Assembly (NCBI GenBank): GCA_950097015.1
Contig: CATNEN010000025.1
Coordinates: 4,774,001 to 4,838,000, forward strand
Source of the DNA: Macrostomum hystrix
Taxonomy: Eukaryota; Animalia; Platyhelminthes
DNA length: 64,000 bases
Direction: 5' to 3'
Shown: positions 1 through 14,312 of the stretch, one piece after another
How positions within the stretch are numbered: the first letter of the stretch is position 1
How the letters are laid out: every line of letters starts with the position of its first letter
Program-made: the position numbers and the translations under genes
The notes under the pieces: generated by a model
Database searches by the model: none
What the model saw: only the letters and a program-made list of their open reading frames with translations
What the model was told of the DNA's origin: nothing

Positions 1-418
1 TCAGCTTCTGAGGCTTCAGGCTGTGAGGCTTCAGGTTGTGAGGCTTCAGGTTGTGAGGCTTCAGGTTGTGAGGCTTCAGGTTGTGAGGCTTCAGGCTGTG
101 AGGCTTCAGGTTGTGGGGCTTCAGGTTGTGAGGCTTCAGGTTGTGAGGCTTCAGGTTGTGAGGCTTCAGGTTGTGAGGCTTCAGGTTGTGAGGCTTCAGG
201 TTGTGAGGCTTCAGGCTGTGAGGCTTCAGGTTGTGAGGCTTCAGGTTGTGAGGCTTCAGGTTGTGAGGCTTCAGGTTGTGAGGCTTCAGGTTGTGAGGCT
301 TCAGGTTGTGAAGCTTCAGGCTGTGAGGCTTCAGGTTGTGAGGCTTCAGGTTGTGAGGCTTCAGGTTGTTAGGCTTCAGGTTGTGAGGCTTCAGCTCCTG
401 AGTCTTCAGGTTGTGAGG
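1..418. repeat. 15-bp minisatellite (GTGAGGCTTCAGGTT)n, runs off window start
   Basis: About 27 near-identical units read directly; the RLQVV ORF is an artefact of the 15-bp period. Confidence 0.97.
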
Positions 419-864
419 TTTTAAATTGCAAGAAGTTCATTTGTCATTTTGTCTTTGTCTAGAGGAATTGCATGGCAATTCCTAGAATATTATTAAACGT
501 ATCACACTACTAATAATAGCAAGCACGATTAGTATTGCAAAGTCTTGAGAATATTTACAGCACACTTGCGAAAATTGAATTTTTGAGAAGAGACGGAACT
601 CACTCTGTGGCTTCCTCTTGTCAATAGTACTTTTCTTCATATAAAAGCAAAAGATCAGCTTCTGTTGCTCCCAATTTAGTTTGGTTGCGGCAAAACTTTC
701 AAAAAAACTAATAAGAAAAGGCAAGACAGAATGCATAATTCGCACAGAAAGTACATCTGCCGCAAATACCAACCAATAATGTTGCGATGTACGAATACAT
801 TTCTTAAAGTATAGGCCTGTGCGCGAGCTTCTATAAATTTTACTGAGTGGAATCAGGGTGAATT

Positions 865-1012
865 AGTGAGTGAGAGAGAGTGAGAGTGAGATTGAGAGTG
901 AGAGTGAGAGTGAGATTGAGAGTGAGAGTGAGAGTGAGATTGAGATTGAGAGTGAGAGTGAGATTGAGAGTGAGAGTGAGAGTGAGATTGAGAGTGAGAG
1001 TGAGAGTGAGAT

Positions 1013-1059
<47 letters not shown>

Positions 1060-1742
1060 TTGAGAGTGAGAGTGAGAGTGAGATTGAGATTGAGAGTGAG
1101 AGTGAGATTGAGAGTGAGAGTGAGAGTGAGAGTGAGATTGAGAGTGAGAGTGAGAGTGAGATTGAGAGTGAGATTGAGAGTGTGAGTGAGATTGAGAATG
1201 AGTGAGATTGAGAATGTGAGTGAGATTGAGAATGTGAGTGAGATTGAGAGTGAGATTGCGAGTGTGAGTGAGATTGAGAATGTGAGTGAGATTGAGAATG
1301 TGAGTGAGATTGAGAGTGAGATTGAGAATGTGAGTGAGAGTGAGATTGCGAGTGAGATTGAGAGTGTGATTGAGAGTGTGAGTGAGATTGAGAATGTGAG
1401 TGAGATTGAGAGTGAGATTGCGAGTGTGAGTGAGATTGAGAATGTGAGTGAGATTGAGAATGTGAGTGAGATTGAGAGTGTGATTGAGAGTGTGAGTGAG
1501 ATTGAGAGTGTGAGTGAGATTTAGAATGTGAGTGAGATTGAGAATGTGAGTGAGATTTAGAATGTGAGTGAGATTGAGAGTGAGATTTAGAGTGAAATTG
1601 AGAGCGAGAGTGTAAATGAGTGAGAGAGTGAGAGTGAGAGTGAGATTGAGAGTGAGAGTGAGAGTGAGATTGAGAGTGAGAGTGAGAGTGAGATTGAGAG
1701 TGAGAGTGAGAGTGAGATTGAGAGTGAGAGTGAGAGTGAGAT

Positions 1743-1774
<32 letters not shown>

Positions 1775-1863
1775 TGAATGAGTGAGAGTGAGAGTGAGAG
1801 TGAGCGTGAGAGTGTGAATGATTGTGAGTGAGAGTGAGATTAAGAGTGAGAGTGAGAGTGAGT
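865..1863. repeat. (GAGAGT/GAGATT)n hexamer microsatellite with an internal 18-bp variant block
   Basis: Read directly; 1190-1580 shifts to GAGATTGAGAATGTGAGT units. Confidence 0.97.
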
Positions 1864-2254
1864 GGGCATGAGTGTACCAGATTCCCTGAGACAGGAAGCG
1901 AGAGTGCATGCAAGCCAAAGTGATTGAAAGTACTCGCCAACTGCACAGATTTGGCTGCGAGGCCGCAGCATTAGGATGCAATGGACTGCATCGAACCAAT
2001 CTAGACAATCCCGGGAAAATGTAGAGTAAGAATGCAGCCTAGTTAAACACAAGCAACCCATCCAGCATCCACTGTACACTTTGGAGAACAGTCATTTCTC
2101 TTTGCTCATCATAGTAAAAAGTTGAGCTGGCTCGTGGTTTTGAGTTAGTCTGTCCAAGGTCAGAGGGCAGTGCTGGGATTTTGAGAATAAATTTGCTAAT
2201 CTAACTATATTACGAGTATGAAATTGGTATCAAGCTCCTTTCTCATATTAGAGG

Positions 2255-3635
2255 TGTCACTCTTTTCTTATCTCTTATCTGGATGTCTGGGGTGTCACTC
2301 CATTCATATCTGTATGTCTGGGGTGTCACTCCATTCTTATCTGTATGTCTGGGGTGTCACTCCATTCTTATCTGGATGTCTAGGGTGTCACTACTTTCTT
2401 ATCTGGATGTCTGGGGTGTCACTACTTTCTTATCTGGATATCTGGGGTGTCACTCCATTCATATCTGGATGTCTGGGGTGTCACTCCATTCATATCTGTA
2501 TGTCTGGGGTGTCACTCCATTCTTATCTGGATGTCTGGGGTGTCACTCCATTCTTATCTGGATGGCTGGCGTGTCACTACTTTTTATCTGGATGGCTGGG
2601 GTGTCACTCCATTCTTATCTGGATGTCTGGGGTGTCACTCCATTCTTATCTGGATGTCTGGGGTGTCACTACTTTCTTATCTGGATGTCTAGGGTGTCAC
2701 TACTTTCTTATCTGGATGTCTGGGGTTTCACTCCATTCTTATCTGGATGTCTGGGGTGTCACTACTTTCTTATCCGGATGTCTGGGGTGTCACTACTTTC
2801 TTATCTGGATGTCTGGGGTGTCACTCCATTCTTATCTGGATGGCTGGCGTGTCACTACTTTTTATCTGGATGGCTGGGGTGTCACTCCATTCTTATCTGG
2901 ATGTCTGGGGTGTCACTCCATTCTTATCTGGATGTCTGGGGTGTCACTACTTTCTTATCTGGATGTCTAGGGTGTCACTACTTTCTTATCTGGATGTCTG
3001 GGGTGTCACTACTTTCTTATCTAGATGTCTGGGGTGTCACTACTTTCTTATCTGGATGTCTGGGGTGTCACTACTTTCTTATCCGGATGTCTGGGGTGTC
3101 ACTCCATTCTTATCTGGATGTCTGGGGTGTCACTCCATTCATATCTGGATGTCTGGGGTGTCACTCCATTCTTATCTGGATGTCTGGGGTGTCACTCCAT
3201 TCTTATCTGGATGGCTGGCGTGTCACTACTTTTTATCTGGATGGCTGGGGTGTCACTCCATTCTTATCTGGATGTCTGGGGTGTCACTCCATTCTTATCT
3301 GGATGTCTGGGGTGTCACTACTTTCTTATCTGGATGTCTAGGGTGTCACTACTTTCTTATCTGGATGTCTGGGGTTTCACTCCATTCTTATCTGGATGTC
3401 TGGGGTGTCACTACTTTCTTATCCGGATGTCTGGGGTGTCACTACTTTCTTATCTGGATGTCTGGGGTGTCACTCCATTCTTATCTGGATGGCTGGGGTG
3501 TCACTACTTTCTTATCCGGATGTCTGGGGTGTCACTACTTTCTTATCTGGATGTCTGGGGTGTCACTCCATTCTTATCCGGATGTCTGGAGTGTCACTCC
3601 ATTCTTATCTGGATTTCCGGGGTGTCACTCCATTC
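2255..3635. repeat. 31-bp minisatellite (TCTTATCTGGATGTCTGGGGTGTCACTCCAT / ...CACTACTT)n
   Basis: Period 31 measured (CTGGGG at 2411 and 2442); the rare GGCTGGCG variant recurs at 2561, 2839 and 3210. Confidence 0.96.
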
Positions 3636-4461
3636 TTTGAGATCTGTGTGGATATCTGTACATCTTTTGCTGGTCTCCTAAACTTATCACTCAACCTTGA
3701 AGCTATTAACAAAGAATTCGGTAGATACATCAGTACAGAAGCATACCCAGTGTCAGAAGAATCGTGTAACAAATTGAAATGAATGCGACCCTTGTTGTCC
3801 CATGTGGTTGCCAGGTGTGTGTTCACCTCTTTCTAGGATCTTCTGTCGAATATGTTTCTTTTGTTAAAATTCGTTTGTGTGTATGTGTGGGTAATCACAA
3901 AACCGATTGCTTTCAGCTGGTAAAATTTGGACAACTGTAGCAACAGCAGCAACAGGACATTTCAAATGTTTTAGAAGGTGAGGAGAAATGATTGAAAGGA
4001 TGAGGAAGGAAACGCTAAGAAGATTGCCAAAAATCACTATTGGCACACGAATATTCTCTAGTCGGGGAATTTCATAATGCAGGTCAAATTTTCAGAAGAA
4101 ACCGACGCAGGAAAAGGACTGATCGGGGTCGCCTAGTTGATGCACTTTCTTCTTCGAGAAAGAAATCTCACTTTGGAAATCTGAGGGAAGGCTGCCAACA
4201 ACTTTTATTGGCACTGCCGCTGCTACGTACCGCTAATCGCGCAGTGTAAGCTGGGAAACTTTTAAATGCGACTTAGCGCGTAAAGTGGCGACAGCGCTGT
4301 CCAATCAGAATAGAAATGACGGCCAGATCCACCCAGAGACGGCCTGCCCCAATTCTCCCAAACATTTAGTCCACTTTATAGCATGATCCATTGCCGCAAG
4401 CACTTTGCATAGTTGAAAGGAAGAAAATTGAACTGTTAACGCAATCTTCCGCTGAGCAATA

Positions 4462-4779
4462 ATGCCTGAGCAACAACTGTTGCTGAGCAACGACAGCGTT
4501 GTCGCCAAGGGCAACAGATCGTGGCCGGAGCCAAGCGCAATGTACCTCTGCCTGAGGGTGCTCACTTTTCCGGTGGCCGAGACTGGCCTGGCTCTGAGCT
4601 GCCTGTCACTGACTCTGCTAGTCAAGAAGTACAGACGCGGCAAAGAGACTTTCGATGTCGGGCTGATCCTGATGCAGGTGGCCCAGGTGATCTACTGCCT
4701 GCTCATTAACGGACACGCAGCACTGGACTTGCTCATCGTCACCCAGACAGTGCCATTCGAGCTACACTGGCCCTTCAGT
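4462..4779 (+). CDS. Rhodopsin-like (class A) GPCR, coding exon 1 (N-terminus, TM1, TM2)
   Basis: ATG at 4462; N-glycosylation sequons NDS and NRS; two hydrophobic helices; phase-0 donor AGT|GTGAGT at 4780 that joins the phase-0 acceptor at 15749. Confidence 0.75.
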
Positions 4780-4819
4780 GTGAGTTTCAGCCTAGTCAAG
4801 GCTGCAGTTTTTAGCCTAG

Positions 4820-5568
<749 letters not shown>

Positions 5569-5668
5569 ATGAAAAGTGTACTTGTCGACTGCACAGATTG
5601 GTCGCGAATCGAACCCCGGACCTTCAAGTCATAAGTCGGATTCTCCAACCACAAGGCTACAGCCCCTT
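5569..5668 (-). mobile_element. tRNA-derived SINE head (family A) running into the (ACTCTC)n array
   Basis: Minus strand: A-box TAGCCTTGTGG, B-box GGTTCGATTC; closely matches the head of the SINE at 14015-14313 (shared GACTTGAAGGTC.GGGGTTCGATTC). Confidence 0.8.
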
Positions 5669-6329
5669 GGCTAAGAAATAGATGAATTAAAATGGGCAAA
5701 ACAGATGGGCACATTGGGAAGGTCAAACTGAACAGATCGAATTGCGATTGGAAGCGTCCGTCAACTGGCTTTCAGTTGGATAGTTTGTTTTGCTTTTGAC
5801 CTTCTTCTGGTCTAAACGCTGGCTACCTGAAGTTGAACTTTTCGCACTTAACAAACTTTTTGGCACTTCCATTCTGACTGACCGGGTCTGGCATCTTAAT
5901 CCAAATAGATCTATGGGATAACAAGGGATTATCTCTGTTCCAAGCCTTAGTAAATACTTTAGAGCTGGGAAATTATTTACTAAGATTCGAAGTCAGCCCC
6001 AGAGGGTGACAGATGGTTATCTCGAGATCCCATCATCATTCGTGACTTGCCTGTCCTCTGCAGTCTTTGCAGAATCTTTTCGGAGTTTGTCGGAGTTGTT
6101 TAATCGCAGATTTCAGCAATATACCACGCAGAACTTAAGTTGGATAAGTAGGCCGTTCAATTCTGGTGGGTAGAAAAGTTGAGGGACTATTCGTTTATAG
6201 ATCGTAGATAAAATTATCATCCGTAAATTATATGCACTTTTAATTGTATCGGAAACCGAACCCTGCAAACGAGAATTACAAAATGCAGGACATGAAAAGA
6301 CACGAAAGCCATGAGACATGAGACATGAA

Positions 6330-7592
6330 ATAGCGGAGGGATGAGACAGGGAAGAGATGAGACACGAGAGAGATGAGACGGGAGAGATGAGACAGGGAAG
6401 AGATGAGACAGGGAAGAGATGAGACAGGGAAGAGATGAGACAGGGAAGAGATGAGACAGGGAAGAGATGAGACACGAGAGAGATGAGACGGGAGAGATAA
6501 GACGGAAGAGATGAGACAGGGGAGAGATGAGACAGGGAAGAGATGAGACAGGGAAGAGATGAGACAGGGAAGAGAAAAGACAGGGGAGAGATGAGACAGG
6601 GAAGAGATAAGACAGGGGAGAGATGAGACAGGGGAGAGATGAGACAGGGAAGAGATAAGACAGGGAAGAGATAAGACAGGGAAGAGATGAGACAGGGAAG
6701 AGATAAGACAGGGAAGAGATGAGACACGAGAGAGATGAGACGGGAGAGATAAGACGGAAGAGATGAGACAGGGGAGAGATGAGACAGGGAAGAGATGAGA
6801 CACGAGAGATGAGACAGGGAAGAGAAAAGACAGGGGAGAGATGAGACAGGGAAGAGATAAGACAGGGGAGAGATGAGACAGGGGAGAGATGAGACAGGGA
6901 AGAGATAAGACAGGGAAGAGATGAGACAGGGAAGAGATAAGACAGGGAAGAGATAAGACACGAGAGAGATGCGACGGGAGAGATAAGACGGAAGAGATGA
7001 GACAGGGGAGAGATGAGACAGGGAAGAGATGAGAAAGGGAAGAGATGAGACAGGGAAGAGAAAAGACAGGGGAGAGATGAGACAGGGAAGAGATGAGACA
7101 GGGAAGAGATGAGACAGGGAAGAGAAAAGACAGGGGAGAGATGAGACAGGGAAGAGATAAGACAGGGGAGAGATGAGAGAGGGGAGAGATGAGACAGGGA
7201 AGAGATAAGACAGGGAAGAGATGAGACAGGGAAGAGATAAGACAGGGAAGAGATGAGACAGGGAAGAGATAAGACAGGGAAGAGATGAGACACGAGAGAG
7301 ATGAGACGGGAGAGATAAGACGGAAGAGATGAGACAGGGGAGAGATGAGACAGGGAAGAGATGAGACAGGGAAGAGATGAGACAGGGAAGAGAAAAGACA
7401 GGGGAGAGATGAGACAGGGAAGAGATGAGACAGGGAAGAGATGAGACAGGGAAGAGAAAAGACAGGGGAGAGATGAGACAGGGAAGAGATAAGACAGGGG
7501 AGAGATGAGACAGGGGAGAGATGAGACAGGGAAGAGATAAGACAGGGAAGAGATGAGACAGGGAAGAGATAAGACAGGGGAGAGATGAGATA
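6330..7592. repeat. About 16-bp purine-rich minisatellite (GAGATGAGACAGGG[G]A)n, copy 1
   Basis: Read directly; same unit at 20150-20920 and inverted at 37655-38815. Confidence 0.96.
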
Positions 7593-8134
7593 CTCTCCTC
7601 AGGTATACTGGAGAGTTGATGCAAATGAGAGATGAGACACTAAGAAGAGATCGCTAGCTAAAAAAACTAAAAAAGAAGAAGGCACAGCAAAGGAAGTATC
7701 GGGACTTCAGCTTGTTGTATATACAGAAATAATATCGAAATTTTTTTTGAGGGAGAAATCCTAGTGTCGCACGTGGACAGGAAGGAAAAACGGAATGAGA
7801 AAACTGGATTGAATAGCTCAGTGCTGGCTTTGAGCACGCTTGGGAAATGATAAATTTCAAGAAATTCTTTTTTACCTGAGTTTTCTGCTCATGACACACC
7901 TGCTGGTAGCGTGCAGCTTGTGAACTCTGATACCTGATCCCTTAACTAGATTAGCAATCCATTCTTACCAACAATCCTCAATCTTTTTTATTTATTCTTT
8001 TTTCAGAACCCGAAGCTATCTTACTTCATTCAGTTAAATCTTTAATTGAGATTCGATAGAAAAAAACTATACCTTCTGATTCTTGACTCCACCACACATC
8101 TTGATTACAAATTCTGATTCTGATCCTTAATCAG

Positions 8135-11100
8135 TTCCATCCTTAATCAGTTCCATCCTTAATCACTTCCATCCTTAATCACTTCCATCCTTAATCAGTT
8201 CCATCCTTAATCAGTTCCATCCTTAATCACTTCCATCCTTAATCAGTTCCATCCTTAATCACTTCCATCCTTAATCACTTCCATCCTTAATCAGTTCCAT
8301 CCTTAATCAGTTCCATCCTTAATCACTTCCATCCTTAATCAGTTCCATCCTTAATCACTTCCATCCTTAATCAATTCCATCCTTAATCAGTTCCGTCCTT
8401 AATCAGTTCCATCCTTAATCAGATCCTTAATCAGGTTCATCCTTAATCAGTTCCATCCTTAATCAGTTCCATCCTTAATCAGTTTCATTCTTTATCAGTT
8501 CCATCCTTAATCAGTTCCATTCTTTATCAGTTCCATCCTTAATCAGTTCCATTCTTTATCAGGTCCATCCTTAATCAGATCCTTAATCAGTTCCATCCTT
8601 AATCAGATCCTTAATCAGTTCCATCCTTAATCAGTTCCATCCTTAATCAGGTCCATCCTTACTCAGGTCCATCCTTAATCAGATCCTTAATCAGTTCCAT
8701 CCTTTATCAGTTCCATCCTTAATCACTTCCATCCTTAATCAGATCCTTAATCAGGTCCATCCTTAATCAGATCCTTAATCAGGTCCATCCTTAATCAGAT
8801 CCTTAATCAGATCCATCCTTAATCAGATCCTTAATCAGTTCCATCCTTAATCAGGTCCATCCTTAATCAGATCCTTAATCAGGTCCATCCTTAATCAGGT
8901 CCATCCTTAATCAGATCCTTAATCAGATCCATCCTTAATCAGATCCTTAATCAGTTCCATCCTTAATCAGGTCCATCCTTAATCAGATCCTTAATCAGGT
9001 CCATCCTTAATCAGATCCTTAATCAGGTCCATCCTTAATCAGATCCTTAATCAGGTCCATCCTTAATCAGATCCTTAATCAGATCCATCCTTAATCAGAT
9101 CCTTAATCAGTTCCATCCTTAATCAGGTCCATCCTTAATCAGATCCTTAATCAGGTCCATCCTTAATCAGGTCCATCCTTAATCAGATCCTTAATCAGAT
9201 CCATCCTTAATCAGATCCTTAATCAGTTCCATCCTTAATCAGTTCCATCCTTAATCAGGTCCATCCTTAATCAGGTCCATCCTTAATCAGTTCCATCCTT
9301 TATCAGTTCCATCCTTAATCACTTCCATCCTTAATCAGATCCTTAATCAGTTCCATCCTCAATCAGGTCCATCCTTAATCAGATCCTTAATCAGGTCCAT
9401 CCTTAATCAGATCCTTAATCAGATCCATCCTTTATCAGATCCTTAATCAGTTCCATCCTTAATCAGGTCCATCCTTAATCAGATCCTTAATCAGTTCCAT
9501 CCTTTATCAGTTCCATCCTTAATCACTTCCATCCTTAATCAGATCCTTAATCAGTTCCATCCTCAATCAGGTCCATCCTTAATCAGATCCTTAATCAGGT
9601 CCATCCTTAATCAGATCCTTAATCAGATCCATCCTTAATCAGATCCTTAATCAGTTCCATCCTTAATCAGGTCCATCCTTAATCAGGTCCATCCTTAATC
9701 AGATCCTTAATCAGTTCCATCCTTAATCAGATCCTTAATCAGTTCCATCCTTAATCAGGTCCATCCTTAATCAGATCCTTAATCAGTTCCATCCTTAATC
9801 AGGTCCATCCTTAATCAGATCCTTAATCAGTTCCATCCTTAATCAGGTCCATCCTTAATCAGATCCTTAATCAGGTCCATCCTTAATCAGATCCTTAATC
9901 AGGTCCATCCTTAATCAGATCCTTAATCAGTTCCATCCTTTATCAGGTCCATCCTTAATCAGATCCTTAATCAGGTCCATCCTTAATCAGATCCTTAATC
10001 AGGTCCATCCTTAATCAGATCCTTAATCAGTTCCATCCTTAATCAGATCCATCCTTAATCAGATCCTTAATCAGGTCCATCCTTAATCTGATCCTTAATC
10101 AGTTCCATCCTTAATCAGATCCATCCTTAATCAGATCCTTAATCAGGTCCATCCTTAATCAGATCCTTAATCAGGTCCATCCTTAATCTGATCCTTAATC
10201 AGGTCCATCCTTAATCAGATCCTTAATCAGTTCCATCCTTAATCAGGTCCATCCTTAATCAGATCCTTAATCAGGTCCATCCTTAATCAGATCCTTAATC
10301 AGGTCCATCCTTAATCAGGTCCATCCTTAATCAGATCCTTAATCAGTTCCATCCTTAATCAGATCCATCCTTAATCAGATCCTTAATCAGGTCCATCCTT
10401 AATCAGATCCTTAATCAGTTCCATCCTTAATCAGATCCATCCTTAATCAGATCCTTAATCAGTTCCATCCTTAATCAGTTCCATCCTTAATCAGATCCAT
10501 CCTTAATCAGATCCTTAATCAGGTCCATCCTTAATCAGATCCTTAATCAGATCCATCCTTAATCAGATCCTTAATCAGTTCCATCCTTAATCAGGTCCAT
10601 CCTTAATCAGATCCTTAATCAGGTCCATCCTTAATCAGGTCCATCCTTAATCAGATCCTTAATCAGATCCATCCTTAATCAGATCCTTAATCAGTTCCAT
10701 CCTTAATCAGTTCCATCCTTAATCAGGTCCATCCTTAATCAGGTCCATCCTTAATCAGTTCCATCCTTTATCAGTTCCATCCTTAATCACTTCCATCCTT
10801 AATCAGATCCTTAATCAGTTCCATCCTCAATCAGGTCCATCCTTAATCAGATCCTTAATCAGGTCCATCCTTAATCAGATCCTTAATCAGATCCATCCTT
10901 TATCAGATCCTTAATCAGTTCCATCCTTAATCAGGTCCATCCTTAATCAGATCCTTAATCAGTTCCATCCTTTATCAGTTCCATCCTTAATCACTTCCAT
11001 CCTTAATCAGATCCTTAATCAGTTCCATCCTCAATCAGGTCCATCCTTAATCAGATCCTTAATCAGGTCCATCCTTAATCAGATTCTTAATCAGATCCAT

Positions 11101-12185
11101 CCTTAATCAGATCCTTAATCAGTTCCATCCTTAATCAGGTCCATCCTTAATCAGGTCCATCCTTAATCAGATCCTTAATCAGTTCCATCCTTAATCAGAT
11201 CCTTAATCAGTTCCATCCTTAATCAGGTCCATCCTTAATCAGATCCTTAATCAGTTCCATCCTTAATCAGGTCCATCCTTAATCAGATCCTTAATCAGTT
11301 CCATCCTTAATCAGGTCCATCCTTAATCAGATCCTTAATCAGGTCCATCCTTAATCAGATCCTTAATCAGGTCCATCCTTAATCAGATCCTTAATCAGTT
11401 CCATCCTTTATCAGGTCCATCCTTAATCAGATCCTTAATCAGGTCCATCCTTAATCAGATCCTTAATCAGGTCCATCCTTAATCAGATCCTTAATCAGTT
11501 CCATCCTTAATCAGATCCATCCTTAATCAGATCCTTAATCAGGTCCATCCTTAATCTGATCCTTAATCAGTTCCATCCTTAATCAGATCCATCCTTAATC
11601 AGATCCTTAATCAGGTCCATCCTTAATCAGATCCTTAATCAGGTCCATCCTTAATCTGATCCTTAATCAGGTCCATCCTTAATCAGATCCTTAATCAGTT
11701 CCATCCTTAATCAGGTCCATCCTTAATCAGATCCTTAATCAGGTCCATCCTTAATCAGATCCTTAATCAGGTCCATCCTTAATCAGGTCCATCCTTAATC
11801 AGATCCTTAATCAGTTCCATCCTTAATCAGATCCATCCTTAATCAGATCCTTAATCAGGTCCATCCTTAATCAGATCCTTAATCAGTTCCATCCTTAATC
11901 AGATCCATCCTTAATCAGATCCTTAATCAGTTCCATCCTTAATCAGTTCCATCCTTAATCAGATCCATCCTTAATCAGATCCTTAATCAGGTCCATCCTT
12001 AATCAGATCCTTAATCAGATCCATCCTTAATCAGATCCTTAATCAGTTCCATCCTTAATCAGATCCATCCTTAATCAGATCCTTAATCAGTTCCATCCTT
12101 AATCAGATCCTTTATCAGATCCATCCTTAATCAGATCCTTAATCAGTTCCATCCTTAATCACTTCCATCCTTAATCACTTCCTTA
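8135..12185. repeat. Composite 16/12-bp minisatellite (CCTTAATCAG[T/G/A]TCCAT and CCTTAATCAGAT) with a 1468-bp higher-order duplication
   Basis: Four rare variants are each duplicated at an offset of exactly 1468 bp (9357/10825, 9561/11029, 10081/11549, 10181/11649). Confidence 0.96.
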
Positions 12186-12804
12186 ATCCAATTTCCCTGA
12201 TCAACGACCCTTGAAACAATCAGATAAAGGGGCTTCATTGATCGTGTCCGATTTCTTAAATAGATTAAGTTCAGCAGGTAAAAAGGAATTTTGTATTCAA
12301 TTAGCAAACAGGATATGTAAAAGTATGTGTTGCATTAGTTACCGACAAAACCAGCTGTGTGTCTCTCAGGACCTTGCGGTGCCGGTAAATGGGTACCATC
12401 CCCATACACTCTAACGACAATCCTTTCTTATCCCATACAAATGCGATCACAGATTCCCATCCGTGTCCCGCTGTTCAATTTTTGTCGGTCGCATAAGGCC
12501 TAAGTGGATACTTAAGCAACAGTCGTCTATTCACCAGCTAGACATTCCATTTTAGCCTGCGTTTGAGTGTGTGCTGTAGAAGGCCTTGTCAATGCTTGCT
12601 TGCAGAGATCCCACGCTCTAAGAAAATCTTTTATTTCCTAGGTGAATGATGAAACGGTTTGCTGGCTAATTACGGGTACTTAGGCAACCTGTGTATTTCT
12701 GCCTGTTTAACATTGCTACTCAATATAGTTAAATGTTTATGTGTAACTTTAGTCTAAAATTTGTGAGATAAGATTTAATTTTCTATAAAAGAGATTTTTA
12801 GGAA

Positions 12805-13060
12805 CCTGTATTTCCAGGATAGTGGATTTCAAGGAAATTTGATTTCCAGGAAATTGGATTTCCATGAAATTCGATTTCCAGGAAAAAGGATTTCCAGGAA
12901 AATGGATTTCCATGAAAAAGGATTTCCAGGATAGTGGATTTCCAGGATAGTGTATTTCCAGGAAAGTGTATTTCCAGGAAAGTTTATTTCCTGGAAAGTG
13001 TATTTCCTGGAAAGTGTATTTCCTGGAAAGTGGATTTCCTAGAAAGTGGATTTCCAAAAA
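12805..13060. repeat. Array of 13-14-bp palindromic units TTTCC(A/T)GGAAA
   Basis: About 15 units; the central base switches from A to T partway along. Possibly the interior of a non-autonomous DNA transposon. Confidence 0.8.
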
Positions 13061-13678
13061 AGTTAATTTTCTGCATTGGGGAATTCCTGCCAAGGGCAAT
13101 TCACAGAAATAGAAATTCTGGGAAATGGACGTCTTGGAAACGGCATTTCCAGCAATGGGAAATTCCTAGGAATGTGAATTCCTGGAAATTCTGAACTTTT
13201 AACTCGGAAAACCGAGGAAAGTAAAATTATGAAAGAAAGGAATTTGCAAAAATAAGCATTTCTTAAAAGTTGAATTCCATCAAAGGGGAATTGAGTCCGT
13301 AACGTAAAGAAAGGAAAAGGTAGAGACTATTTTATTAATCTAACTTCTGGAAAAAGGAACTACAAGAGAAGGAAATTTACGGTCTGCAAAGTTCCAAAGT
13401 TCTGAAATTTTCTTACAGACAGATGCCTGGAATGGGAACCACAATAATTAGAAAGTTCCCAGTAATTACTTAGCCACTCATTTTTAATCGTCAGTGCTCG
13501 ATCTTTCGCCCCCAGGAGACTCGAAGCGACGATAAGGTCGAGCTGGCTTTCAGAGCAAACTCTGATTTCGCAAATTCCGACAAACCTATAGTAGTACCAC
13601 TCAAGGACTCAAGTTGAGCTGGTCTGATCATCAGTTCATTCGGAATTTGAGAACTGTGTTTGAGATGGGCTCTGAGCC

Positions 13679-13975
13679 TATAATAATAATAATAATAATT
13701 TCAGTGAGGCTGCGGGCAATGGCACATCATTTGGTGACACTAGACCCGCAGCCAGCGAGGAGGCAATTCTGCTCATTTCGCTGACTCCTGAGCACACACG
13801 TACTAAGATACTGTGCCCCGGCACACGCTCACACAGGTGTGTACTCTTTCTTTGACGACTTTCCCATCGTCAGGCAGTGTACACTTCACTGTGCCTTGGA
13901 GGTTGCCTCGCCGCGGAATCGAACTTAGGGACCTTGGTGCGAGAGGCAGACGCGTTAACCGTTCTGCACTCACCC
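13679..13975 (-). mobile_element. tRNA-derived SINE, family B, near full length, (ATT)n tail
   Basis: Minus strand: B-box GTTCGATTCC near 13914-13924; the body is highly similar to the + strand copy at 44891-45245; the tail is the (TAA)n at 13679-13700. Confidence 0.88.
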
Positions 13976-14014
13976 CCTCCCTAAGCATCTACTCTGCAGC
14001 ACTGCTACTACTAC

Positions 14015-14312
14015 TTTTTTTTTATTACACCTGCCCCAATTGGGTCAGATGTGCAGCCGACAGCACAGCCGCAGCTAATGCGCGGCGCATCTGAAGGCTG
14101 CGTACAGCTGTTCAGTGCACGGACTGGGGGGACGCCACACCCACCTTCAATTATCCCAGCTGATGCTGGTACCCATTTAACAGCTGGGTGAACTGAAGCA
14201 ATGCAGAGTTAAGTGTCTTGCTAAAGGACGCAAATTGTTCCAGTGGAGTCGGGAATCGAACCCCCGACCTTCAAGTCGTGAGTCCGACGCCCTAACCACT
14301 AGGCTAAAACCT

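Noticed and set aside
8135-12185. Telomere-like repeat (TTAAGG on the minus strand)
   Set aside because: The hexamer is only part of 12/16-bp units, the array is intronic, and there is no (TTAGGG)n.
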